Shown here: positions 8,317 to 17,665 of the stretch, piece by piece
Numbering within the stretch: the stretch's first letter is position 1
Layout: each line of letters starts with the position of its first letter
Assembly (NCBI GenBank): GCA_944392125.1
Contig: CALXVP010000002.1
Span: 27,207-91,206 of the forward strand
Reading direction: 5' to 3'
Source: an uncultured Alphaproteobacteria bacterium
GTDB taxonomy: Bacteria; Pseudomonadota; Alphaproteobacteria; CAAHEQ01; UBA3637
DNA: 64,000 bases
The notes under the pieces: generated by a model
Database searches by the model: none
What the model was told of the DNA's origin: nothing
What the model saw: only the letters and a program-made list of their open reading frames with translations
Translations under genes and position numbers: made by a program

Positions 8317-11300
8317 CTATGCTTTCACCAAATCATAGTAAACCGTGGCATCTCCGAGTTCATCCGTATGTGCCGATGAGGTATCCGCCAAATTATCCGA
8401 TAAAGCCGTTGCCAACACTTGCTCGCAAATATACGTTTTATGCTCGGCAATCGCTTCTTGCACCAAAGCGGAATCGGAGCGGAAAGAAACATGGATTCTA
8501 TCCGATACATCCAAACCTTTCTCTTTGCGCAAGGATTGAATCATCCGCACAAAGTCGCGCGCAATACCCTCTTTTTCCAATTCGGGTAAAATCTCGGTAT
8601 CCAGTTGAATAACGGCCGTATTATCCGGCAACGGTTGCCCGTCAAAGCCCGCTTTCATCATAAGCCGTAATTCATACTCCTCCGGCAACAATGTTTGCCC
8701 GGCAATGGAAAGCGTGCCGTCCGGATTTTGTTTCCACTCATTCCCCTTGGAGGCACTCATAATATCTTTCATATACCGACCGAGCCGTTTACCGATAAGC
8801 GGGGTTTTTAAATAAAGGAATGTATCCGCAATTTGATGAATATCCGCCGTTAATTCCACGTTTTTCACGTTGACTTCATCTTTTAACACTTCAACAAAAT
8901 CATATAAATCCGTTGCTTTTTCACCGGCAACCGTCATTGTTTTTAACGGCAACCGATTGCGCAATTTATGTTCTTCACGGATGGATTTCACCGTTGAGGA
9001 AATCATCCGCACCAAATCCATCTGCGCCATCAGTTTTTCATCAACCGTCAAAGCCGATACATCCGGATAATCTTGCAAATGCACCGATTCTTTGCCCGTT
9101 AATCCCCGATAGACGAATTCCGCCGTCATCGGCATCAACGGAGCAAGCACGCGTGCAACGGTTTCCAACACGGTATATAAAACGTTAAACGCATTTAAAT
9201 CTTCTCCGTCCCAGAAACGCGCCCGTGAACGGCGAATATACCAGTTATTTAAAATATCCAAAAATTCGGCACATTCGGCACAGGCTTGATTCAAATCATA
9301 ATCCACCATGTGGGCGCGCACCCGTTCCGTCAACAGCCGTAATTTAGAAAGAATGTATTTATCCAACACATCGGGTGAATCAACCGTCTTCGTTGCTTTA
9401 ATTCCTTCGGCATTCGCATACAGGCAGAAGAAATAATACGCATTCCAGAACGGCATCAATGCCTTTCTGGCACTCTTGGCAACTTCTTTTCCTTCTTGGT
9501 CAAGCGCCACATTACCGCCTTTAATCACCGGCGAGGAAATAAAGAACCAACGCAACGCATCCGAGCCCATTGTTTCCAAAATAATGTTCGGATCCGGATA
9601 GTTCTTCAATTTCTTGGATAACTTCACACCGCCTTCTGCCATAATTAAGCCCGTGCAAAGGCAATTTTTAAAGGCCGGTTTGTGATGCAATGCCGTGCCG
9701 AGAACGTGTAAGGTATAGAACCACCCGCGTGTTTGGTCAATGGCTTCAATAATAAAGTCGGCCGGAAAATGGCTTTCAAACCAACTCTTATTTTCAAACG
9801 GATAATGGATTTGCCCTTCCGGCATAGAGCCTGATTCAAACCAGCAGTCAAACACGTCCGATACCCGACGCATCATTGTTTTGCCCGACGGATCATCCGG
9901 ATTGGGATACACCACCTCATCAATCAGCGGGCGGTGTAAATCTTTCACTAAAATGCCCGTTTTTTCATAAATTTCCTGAACGGAGCCAAACACATCAATC
10001 CGCGGGAATTTCGGGTTATCCGACTTCCACACCGGAATCGGCGTTCCCCAGAACCGATTACGCGAAATAGACCAATCGCGCGCGCCTTCCAACCATTTGC
10101 CGAAGCGACCGTGTTTAATATGTTCGGGCACCCAGTTAATCTGTTCGTTTAAAGCAACCATTTCATCTCTGAAATCGGAAACTTTCACAAACCACCCGCT
10201 CATCGCTTTATAGATAAGCGGTTTATCCGTGCGCCAACAATAAGGATAACTGTGCGTGAGTTGTTCTTTTTTCACAAGCAAGCGTTTTTCTTTGAGCCAT
10301 GCCATAATATCTTCGTTCGTATCAAATACTTGACGACCTTGATAATCCGGCACTTCCGCCGTAAAACAACCGGCTTCATCCACCGGGCAGACAACCGGAA
10401 AATCTTTATCCAGTGCACGGCATACTTCAAAGTCATCCTGCCCAAAGCCCGGCGCGATATGCACGATACCCGTTCCGTCTTCGGTTGAAACGAACTCTCC
10501 GCCCAAAACTTTAAAACACCCTTTTTCTTTCAGGTTTTTAAAATACGGGAACATCGGTGTATAAGATTCACCGATTAAATCACGGCCTTTCAGTGTGCCG
10601 ACAGGCGTTGCGTGTTGTAATTGTTGCTTATACCGCCCGAGCAATGCCGTTGCCAACACATATTTTTCATCGCCCTCTTGCATAATCGTGTATTCAATTT
10701 CGGGGCCGACGGCAATCATTAAGTTTGAGGGCAGTGTCCAGGGTGTTGTTGTCCAAACAAGTAAATTTAATCCGTTATCCAACTTAAATAAGACGGTAAT
10801 TGCCGTATCCGTTTTATCCCGATAGCCCAAATTCACTTCAAAGTTGGAAACGGGTGTTTGTGCGCTCCAAGAATACGGTTGCACCCGATAATCTTCATAA
10901 ACCAACCCTTTTTCATAAAGTGATTTAAAGTTGTGAATAATGGATTCCATAAACGGCAAATCCATTGTTTTATAATCATGATTAAAATCAACCCAGCGAC
11001 CGATACGGCGGAATAAATCCGTCCAAATCGTTGAGTATTTTAATACGTTTTGACGGCAATAATCATTAAATTTTTGCATGCCGTATTCTTCAATGGCTTT
11101 ATGCCCCGATACGCCGAGTTCTTTTTCGGCAGCCATTTCGGCGGGCAACCCGTGGCAATCCCACCCCAGCCGACGCTCCACACGTTTGCCATTCATCGTT
11201 TGAAACCGCGCAATCGTATCTTTCACATACGAAATCATAATGTGGCCGAAATGCGGTAATCCGTTGGCAAACGGAGGGCCGTCGTAAAAGACAAATTCCT

Positions 11301-11430
11301 CAGCCGTCCGACGAATTTCAAGCGATTTTTCAAAGGTTTTTTGTTCTTCCCAAGAACGAATAATATCATGTTCCATTTCGGGGAAACTGATTTTAGAAGA
11401 TAATTCGGGATAATATTTTGTTTGTGCCAT
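8317..11430 (-). CDS. ileS: Isoleucine--tRNA ligase, type 2 (eukaryote-like) form
   Basis: 1037 aa. FVFYDGPPFANGLPHFGHI (HIGH region) and KLSKKLKN (KMSKS region); the length and N-terminal motif fit type 2 IleRS. Confidence 0.95.
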   Translation of the reverse strand: MAQTKYYPELSSKISFPEMEHDIIRSWEEQKTFEKSLEIRRTAEEFVFYDGPPFANGLPHFGHIMISYVKDTIARFQTMNGKRVERRLGWDCHGLPAEMAAEKELGVSGHKAIEEYGMQKFNDYCRQNVLKYSTIWTDLFRRIGRWVDFNHDYKTMDLPFMESIIHNFKSLYEKGLVYEDYRVQPYSWSAQTPVSNFEVNLGYRDKTDTAITVLFKLDNGLNLLVWTTTPWTLPSNLMIAVGPEIEYTIMQEGDEKYVLATALLGRYKQQLQHATPVGTLKGRDLIGESYTPMFPYFKNLKEKGCFKVLGGEFVSTEDGTGIVHIAPGFGQDDFEVCRALDKDFPVVCPVDEAGCFTAEVPDYQGRQVFDTNEDIMAWLKEKRLLVKKEQLTHSYPYCWRTDKPLIYKAMSGWFVKVSDFRDEMVALNEQINWVPEHIKHGRFGKWLEGARDWSISRNRFWGTPIPVWKSDNPKFPRIDVFGSVQEIYEKTGILVKDLHRPLIDEVVYPNPDDPSGKTMMRRVSDVFDCWFESGSMPEGQIHYPFENKSWFESHFPADFIIEAIDQTRGWFYTLHVLGTALHHKPAFKNCLCTGLIMAEGGVKLSKKLKNYPDPNIILETMGSDALRWFFISSPVIKGGNVALDQEGKEVAKSARKALMPFWNAYYFFCLYANAEGIKATKTVDSPDVLDKYILSKLRLLTERVRAHMVDYDLNQACAECAEFLDILNNWYIRRSRARFWDGEDLNAFNVLYTVLETVARVLAPLMPMTAEFVYRGLTGKESVHLQDYPDVSALTVDEKLMAQMDLVRMISSTVKSIREEHKLRNRLPLKTMTVAGEKATDLYDFVEVLKDEVNVKNVELTADIHQIADTFLYLKTPLIGKRLGRYMKDIMSASKGNEWKQNPDGTLSIAGQTLLPEEYELRLMMKAGFDGQPLPDNTAVIQLDTEILPELEKEGIARDFVRMIQSLRKEKGLDVSDRIHVSFRSDSALVQEAIAEHKTYICEQVLATALSDNLADTSSAHTDELGDATVYYDLVKA

Positions 11431-11562
11431 TTTTTCCTCTCTTTTTTTATGTGCGCACAGTATGTCAGCATTTTCTCAAAAAATCAAGTAAAAATCTTGA
11501 AATGTCAAAATCTTGATTCTGCGGTTTGGTTAAAAATCTTTAAAAAGATGTATTGATACGTT

Positions 11563-12108
11563 CTAATCCCCCGAGGGGATAATTCGGAAAATGATTGCAT
11601 CATCCGTTTGAGTAATCGAAACGGTTTGTTTATGATGCGATAAATAATCACATATCCACAACACCGCCATATATTGCGGTTTTAAAATTTGCGTCTGCCC
11701 AAGCAAAATGGCGCGTTTTTCCGCATCCAACAAAATTTTATCGCCCGAGCATTTCATCCCGTCGGGCAATAACGTAATCACGCCCCCGCGAATTAAAATC
11801 TCGGAAGCCAGCAGTAAAAAGGCCAACTGCAACCGTGTTGAAACAACGCCGTTAATCGTAAACAAAGGCGCCGTTGTTTTTAAATAATCATCACCGATTT
11901 TAGTTGTAATTTCGGTATCCAACCCCAACAACGCCCGAAAAAATTTAAGGCGAGCACTTAATACACGTGCCGAATTTTTTAAAAGCGACGTTCCCTCTTT
12001 CACGAATGACGGGTCAATCTCAAACAATTCTACGGTATTACCGAGCGTTCCGATTGTTCCCGCTAAATCATGACACATCTTCGTTACGTAAACTTCATTT
12101 AACGTCAT
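11563..12108 (-). CDS. chpT: Histidine phosphotransferase ChpT-like protein
   Basis: The MCHDLAGTIGTLGNTVEL motif (phospho-His in an HDL context) is followed by a degenerate kinase-like fold, about 3.5 kb from ctrA. The start is set at the internal ATG at 12108, preceded by GAGGAAAG. Confidence 0.55.
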   Translation of the reverse strand: MTLNEVYVTKMCHDLAGTIGTLGNTVELFEIDPSFVKEGTSLLKNSARVLSARLKFFRALLGLDTEITTKIGDDYLKTTAPLFTINGVVSTRLQLAFLLLASEILIRGGVITLLPDGMKCSGDKILLDAEKRAILLGQTQILKPQYMAVLWICDYLSHHKQTVSITQTDDAIIFRIIPSGD

Positions 12109-12348
12109 TACACTTTCCTCAAATTCGGCGTTCTTTATAGCAGAAAGAAACACCCCCGTCAAGCATAACTTTTGCATTTTTTAACGAACGCCGTATGAAT
12201 AATGCCGTATCCGTTATATCAAACCGAATACGGCATGTCGTTCAAAAATACTTCTTATCCGCACAGATAAAATCCGCCCGCACAACACCCGACTGCCCGA
12301 GCAGATAATCTGCCCGAGCATTCATTTCGGTTGACGCATTTTTCTATA

Positions 12349-12705
12349 TCAGTGCTTCATTTTTGGCTTATCTTCATCCAAAATTCTGGGGTTAATTTTA
12401 CCTTCATCCATTTTCTTGGCATCAAACGTTGCTCCCCCGTATTGTGCGCCATAACCTTCATTCGGTGCTTCTTTATCAATTCTGGAGAAGTTGATTAAAC
12501 TTTTACTGTCGGATTTATACGTTTTCACCGTTCTCTCATCCATTTTTTTGGCATCAAACGTAGCCCCCCCGTATTGTGCACCATATCCTTCATTCGGCGC
12601 CTCGTTATCAATTCTGGAAAAATCAATCGCATGCGAAGGCGTTGAAAACAATCCCGCTCCCAAAACAGCCATCCCCGCCAAAGCGCAAATCATTATTTTT
12701 TTCAT
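12349..12705 (-). CDS. Small secreted protein with an internal duplication
   Basis: Signal peptide MKKIMICALAGMAVLGAGLFSTPSHA, then two copies of FSRID(N/K)EAPNEGYGAQYGGATFDAKKMDE. The start is set at the internal ATG at 12705, preceded by GGAGA. Confidence 0.6.
   Translation of the reverse strand: MKKIMICALAGMAVLGAGLFSTPSHAIDFSRIDNEAPNEGYGAQYGGATFDAKKMDERTVKTYKSDSKSLINFSRIDKEAPNEGYGAQYGGATFDAKKMDEGKINPRILDEDKPKMKH
12403..12628. repeat. Two direct copies of about 90 nt (about 12403-12496 and 12535-12628) inside the small secreted-protein gene
   Basis: GGCATCAAACGTTGCTCCCCCGTATTGTGCGCCATAACCTTCATTCGG... compared with GGCATCAAACGTAGCCCCCCCGTATTGTGCACCATATCCTTCATTCGG...; about 80% identical by eye. 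Confidence 0.7.
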
Positions 12706-12847
12706 TTTCGTCTCTCCTTCTGTTTCTTCGGTCTGTTTCAATTCGTTTCCGTTACTCTTTTATTATACCAAAAGCCGGCATTTCAAGCAACAGTTTTTTA
12801 TTTCTTTCGTTCCGGTCAGTGCGCTTTCGCTTTTTGGGCAACCCGTT

Positions 12848-14248
12848 TCATAAATCAATCGGCAGATAAACGTTAAACGAGGTTCCTTTGGCGGGCGAAC
12901 TTTGAATATCAATCATACCGTCATGCTCCGTAATGATTTGTTGCGCAATGCTGAGGCCCAACCCCGTTCCCTCCGTTGACTTTGTCCGAAACGTATCCAC
13001 CCGATAAAAGCGTTCAAATAAGCGGGTAATATCGCGCGGTGCAATCGGATTGCCCATATTATGCACACGCACCAAAACCACTTGTCTTAAATCCGTATAA
13101 TACTTATCGGATGTTTGCGGAAAGCCGTTGCACAGTTGAACAGTTATCGTAATAACCGTCTGCGGGGCACCGTATTTAATTGCGTTATCAATTAAATTTT
13201 GAAACACTTGAACCAACTGCGTTTGATTACCCTTTAACCGCGGAATATCATGCACAAGATTCAACTTTAATTCTTTCTGATTATGTTTTGCTTTAAGAGT
13301 TAATCCGTCAATCACGCCCTTTAACAACGTCGGCAACAAAATCACATCCGTTTGCGGTGCTTTTTGTTCCATCTGTAAGCGCGATAACGCCAATAAATTT
13401 TGCACCAACTCCGTCATACGGTGTGTTTGTTCCGCCATCAAGCCCAAAAATTTTTCCCGCGCCGTTTCATCATCTTTCGCCGGGCCTTGCAGTGTTTCGA
13501 TAAATCCCGAAATAATACTGAGCGGTGTTTTCAGTTCGTGACTGGCATTGGCAAAAAAATCCGCTTGCTGTTGTTTAAATAATTTTAATTGCGTAATATC
13601 GTGCAACACAATCACAATCGTTGCGCCGTTTTTGGCCGGTGCGGGCAACTGTTCTATGCGTGCTTGGAATGTATAGGCCTGCGTTTCGGTATAGTTTAAT
13701 TCAAACCATTCTCTTTTTGATTTGCCCGCCGTAATTTGATGAAAAGCTTGTGTAAAGTTGTCATCCGATAAAATATCGCCGATGGGTTGACGCAACAAAT
13801 TCTCTCCGAAAAACATACCGGCCGACTGATTGGCAAACACAATCACACCGCCCTCATTCACCATCAACAGCGGATCGGGCAGATTATCCAAAATGCTGGC
13901 ATCGGACATCGTTTGTGCCGACCATAAATTTTTAACCGCCAAAAAGGCATCCACCATCCGAAATGAGCCAAAAATCCCTTTATGAAAACGCGGAGTTTCA
14001 ATCTCCCGCCCTTGCGCCAATGATCGCAAATACGCCGTAAATTTTTCGGATTCATGAAAAACAAACCCGGCAATCAGCGCCGTTGCGATGAATACCCCGC
14101 AAAAAATCAAACACGCCGTCACCCAAGTAATTCGTTCGGTGAATACGAGCAAAATCAATAACAAAATAATCGGCAACATGAGCACAACCGTGCGTGCAAA
14201 AAAGCGAAAGATGCCGAAAATTATTTTTTGTGCTTTCTTTTTTATCAT
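12848..14248 (-). CDS. PAS-domain sensor histidine kinase, PhoR-like
   Basis: Two N-terminal TM helices, a PAS-like region, H-box DFFANASHELKTPLS, and N/G boxes (NLIDNAIKY, GTGLGLSI). The start is moved to ATG 14248 because the longer ORF (to 14380) overlaps the mutS start. Confidence 0.7.
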   Translation of the reverse strand: MIKKKAQKIIFGIFRFFARTVVLMLPIILLLILLVFTERITWVTACLIFCGVFIATALIAGFVFHESEKFTAYLRSLAQGREIETPRFHKGIFGSFRMVDAFLAVKNLWSAQTMSDASILDNLPDPLLMVNEGGVIVFANQSAGMFFGENLLRQPIGDILSDDNFTQAFHQITAGKSKREWFELNYTETQAYTFQARIEQLPAPAKNGATIVIVLHDITQLKLFKQQQADFFANASHELKTPLSIISGFIETLQGPAKDDETAREKFLGLMAEQTHRMTELVQNLLALSRLQMEQKAPQTDVILLPTLLKGVIDGLTLKAKHNQKELKLNLVHDIPRLKGNQTQLVQVFQNLIDNAIKYGAPQTVITITVQLCNGFPQTSDKYYTDLRQVVLVRVHNMGNPIAPRDITRLFERFYRVDTFRTKSTEGTGLGLSIAQQIITEHDGMIDIQSSPAKGTSFNVYLPIDL

Positions 14249-14288
14249 AATACGATTATAATACCGAAAAAGAATAAAGGAAAGTAAA

Positions 14289-16988
14289 ATGAGCAGTGAA
14301 CAGATAAAAAACGAAAAAAGCGATAAAATTGAAAAAAATGAAAAAACAACCCCGATGATGGTGCAATACCTGGAAACCAAAAAGCAATATCCCGATTGTT
14401 TATTATTTTACCGCTTGGGCGATTTTTACGAACTTTTTTTTGAAGATGCCAAAATTGCTTCGCAAATTCTCAATATTCAATTAACGGAACGCAATCGTGC
14501 CAAAGGCGGAAACATTCCGATGTGCGGTGTGCCGTTTCATGCGTATGAAAATTATTTGGTGCGGTTAGTTAAAGCCGGATATAAAGTTGCCATCTGCGAA
14601 CAAACCGAAGACCCTGCCGAGGCAAAAAAGAGAGGCGCGACAGCCATTGTAAAACGCGATGTTATCCGAATTGTAACGGCCGGCACATTAACGGAAGATT
14701 CTTTATTGAATGCGCGCCGTCATAATTTCTTAACGGCCATCGTACCGGGGGCAACCGAATACGGTGTGGCTTGGGCGGATATGTCAACCGGTAATTTTTA
14801 CACACAAACCGCTTCCGCGCAAACGTTAAATGCCGTATTGGCACGCGTTGAATCTTCCGAAATTTTGGTTGCGGAAACATTTGATGCCGTGCATGCGGGG
14901 TTGCTGGACGAAAATTTGCAAAATATAACGAAGCAACCGGCCGTTTCGTTTGATTATGCCGAAAATAAAAATGTTTTTTGCGAATTTTTTAATCTCTCGC
15001 CCGATGAAATTCCGGCTTATTTTACCAAAAGCGAGTTGATTGCCGCCGGCGTTATTCTGAACTATGTGTTGCAAACGCAAAAAGGGGAGTGCCCCAACTT
15101 ATTGATGCCCCAAAAAATCAATATCAATACGTTTATGGAAATTGATGTGGCAACACGTAACAGTTTGGAACTGACGCGGTCGCAAAGTCGGGATAAAAAC
15201 GCCGGCAGTTTATTAAGTAATATTGACTTTACCGTTACGGGTGCCGGAGCGCGGATGCTTGCCATGCAGTTGGCGGCCCCGCTCGTCAATCCCGATGAAA
15301 TTAACTTGCGGTATGATCGGATTGATTACTTTTTGCAATACCCCGAGCAACGCGAAAACACGCGCGCCGTTTTAAAGAAAATCGGCGATATTGAACGCGC
15401 CGTTTCAAGACTTTCGGTCGGGCGCGGTGGTCCGCGCGACTTATATGCCGTGGGCTACGGCTTATCGCTTATCCCCGAATTACGCACACAAATTAACGGC
15501 GCCATGATTCCCTCCGCCTTAATGGACGATTTATATAAATTGGGCAATCACTCGGAATTAACGGAAGAAATTTTACACGCATTAAGAGAGCCCTCTCCTG
15601 CCACGGATAGCGATGAGGGGTATAATTTACCCATGCTTGTGCGCGAAGGCGGATTTATTCGAAAAGGCTATCACGGGGAATTAGATCGGCTGATGAACTT
15701 AAAAGACGGGAAAAAACGCGAGCGTGCGATTTTACAGCAAAAATACATTGCCGAAACGGGAATCAATAATTTAAAAATTTCATATAATAAACTGGTGGGC
15801 TTTTTTATTGAAGTGCCGTTAAAGCAAGCCGAACACTTATTAGCCAATCCGCAAGCCGGTTTTATCCATCGGCAAACGCTGACAAACAACGTGCGTTTTA
15901 CAACGGCGGAACTCATCAATTTAGAAACAACGGTTGCGCATGTTGATGATGAAATCGCGCGTATGGAAGAAGAAATATTTAATCAGTTGTGCAACATGTT
16001 GGCGTCTCAAAATAAAGAAATAAAAGAAACATGTATGGCGATTGCGCGCATTGATATTGCCTCTGCTTCGGCAACGGGCGCCGAAAAATATCATTGGGTG
16101 CGTCCCGTTCTCACAACGGATACAACATTTGATATTAAAGGCGGACGACACCCCGTTGTTGAAAAAGCGCTGATGAAAAATCATCAAACTTTCGTGCCGA
16201 ATGATTGTAATATGAGCGAGGGGCGCAATAAACTTTGGATATTAACCGGCCCGAATATGGCGGGGAAAAGCACATTTTTACGCCAAAACGCCATTATTGC
16301 CATTATGGCGCAAGCCGGTTTCTTTGTGCCGGCCGATAGTGCACATATCGGTATTATTGATAAAGTATTTTCGCGTGTGGGCGCCAGTGATGATTTAGCG
16401 CGCGGACGCTCCACTTTTATGGTTGAAATGGTGGAAGTTGCCGATATTTTAAAAAATGCCACACCGAAATCGTTGGTGATTTTAGATGAAGTCGGGCGTG
16501 GCACGGCCACGTATGACGGCTTATCCATTGCATGGGCGGTGGTGGAGTATTTGCATGATAAATGTCGGTGTCGGGGATTATTTGCAACGCACTATCACGA
16601 ATTAACGGCCTTGGTCAATCGGTTGGATAATATCTCACTGCACACCATACGCGTGAAAGAATGGCACGGTGATATTGTTTTTATGCACGAAATAACCGAT
16701 GGCGCCATTGATCGCTCGTATGGGATTCACGTGGCTAAACTGGCGGGATTACCGGAATCGGTTATAGCCCGCGCCGAACAAATTTTAGAGCAGTTGGAAG
16801 AAAAACGCCAACATCAAAAACCGTTATTTGATGATTTGCCCTTGTTTTCGCAGATTCAAAAAACTACATCTATACCAAAAGAGAGTGAAGTTGAGAAGCA
16901 AGTGCGCAGTGTAGATGTAGATGCTTTATCGCCACGAGAGGCGCTTGACTTTATTTATCGTTTAAAACGACTGACGGAGGAAAATTAA
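14289..16988 (+). CDS. mutS: DNA mismatch repair protein MutS
   Basis: TPMMVQYLETKKQYPDCLLFYRLGDFYELFFEDA, Walker A GPNMAGKSTFLRQ, and DEVGRGTATYDG. Confidence 0.95.
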   Translation: MSSEQIKNEKSDKIEKNEKTTPMMVQYLETKKQYPDCLLFYRLGDFYELFFEDAKIASQILNIQLTERNRAKGGNIPMCGVPFHAYENYLVRLVKAGYKVAICEQTEDPAEAKKRGATAIVKRDVIRIVTAGTLTEDSLLNARRHNFLTAIVPGATEYGVAWADMSTGNFYTQTASAQTLNAVLARVESSEILVAETFDAVHAGLLDENLQNITKQPAVSFDYAENKNVFCEFFNLSPDEIPAYFTKSELIAAGVILNYVLQTQKGECPNLLMPQKININTFMEIDVATRNSLELTRSQSRDKNAGSLLSNIDFTVTGAGARMLAMQLAAPLVNPDEINLRYDRIDYFLQYPEQRENTRAVLKKIGDIERAVSRLSVGRGGPRDLYAVGYGLSLIPELRTQINGAMIPSALMDDLYKLGNHSELTEEILHALREPSPATDSDEGYNLPMLVREGGFIRKGYHGELDRLMNLKDGKKRERAILQQKYIAETGINNLKISYNKLVGFFIEVPLKQAEHLLANPQAGFIHRQTLTNNVRFTTAELINLETTVAHVDDEIARMEEEIFNQLCNMLASQNKEIKETCMAIARIDIASASATGAEKYHWVRPVLTTDTTFDIKGGRHPVVEKALMKNHQTFVPNDCNMSEGRNKLWILTGPNMAGKSTFLRQNAIIAIMAQAGFFVPADSAHIGIIDKVFSRVGASDDLARGRSTFMVEMVEVADILKNATPKSLVILDEVGRGTATYDGLSIAWAVVEYLHDKCRCRGLFATHYHELTALVNRLDNISLHTIRVKEWHGDIVFMHEITDGAIDRSYGIHVAKLAGLPESVIARAEQILEQLEEKRQHQKPLFDDLPLFSQIQKTTSIPKESEVEKQVRSVDVDALSPREALDFIYRLKRLTEEN

Positions 16989-17261
16989 ATGGGTTTATTA
17001 CCGAGTATTATCAGTGTGATTTTTTCCATGGGATTTTTAGTTTTGCTGTTTTTGTTTGCCTGGTATATTGCTTTACCGCTGGTATTGATTATGCTGGTGA
17101 TCGGGCTGTTCAATTTTTTCAGCGGGCGTCCGTTTTTATATCGGATGGATAAGTTTACGAATATCATGTCCGACTATCGGCATCGGAATCGGAACCAAAC
17201 CGATTCATCTCGTCCGCGTGATGAAAAAATTATTGATGTGGAATACACCGAATTACCGTAA
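16989..17261 (+). CDS. Small membrane protein (90 aa), hypothetical
   Basis: The ATG directly abuts the mutS stop (TAAATG). Two hydrophobic helices are followed by a basic tail. Confidence 0.4.
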   Translation: MGLLPSIISVIFSMGFLVLLFLFAWYIALPLVLIMLVIGLFNFFSGRPFLYRMDKFTNIMSDYRHRNRNQTDSSRPRDEKIIDVEYTELP

Positions 17262-17590
17262 ATTAAAGCGAGTTCCAAACATTGACTAATTAAACCTGCC
17301 GAATTATCGGCAAGGATAACGGGATATTGGGTTGCTGTTTGGCATCAGAGGAAGCTGATTTATTTTGAAGTGGTTTTTTAAAAACACACAAATCAGTTAA
17401 AAACTTCTCTTATTCATCTCTGCCAACGCAGGCTCCCGCCATTCTCCGAATACTTAACGGCGTATATGTGTCTGATTATATATGTATTCATAACAAAGCA
17501 ACGGCATCCATACTGCTATCCGCATTTTTGATTCACAAAATGCGCGCTGAATTTTCTGTTTATTCTTCAAAGACAAAAATACATAAACTA

Positions 17591-17630
17591 TCGGACGGAA
17601 TCCGTAAAATATATACGTCGTTCCGTCCGA
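17591..17630 (-). terminator. Hairpin downstream of the flavoprotein gene
   Basis: Perfect 10-bp stem TCGGACGGAA/TTCCGTCCGA with a 20-nt loop, about 35 nt past the stop at 17666. The T-run is weak. Confidence 0.45.
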
Positions 17631-17665
17631 TAAATTTTAAAACAATAGATGAAAAGAACTAACTG

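Noticed and set aside
11470-11530. Short direct and inverted repeats (AAAATCTTGA twice, TCAAG...CTTGA) between the ChpT-like gene and ileS.
   Set aside because: The stems are only 5 bp in AT-rich DNA. At best this is a weak terminator or promoter element, not distinctive enough to call.
12848-14380. The long version of the histidine-kinase ORF (510 aa).
   Set aside because: The first 44 codons are Phe/Leu/Ser-rich read-through of the AT-rich divergent promoter and overlap the mutS start. I used the internal ATG at 14248 (MIKKKAQ...) instead.
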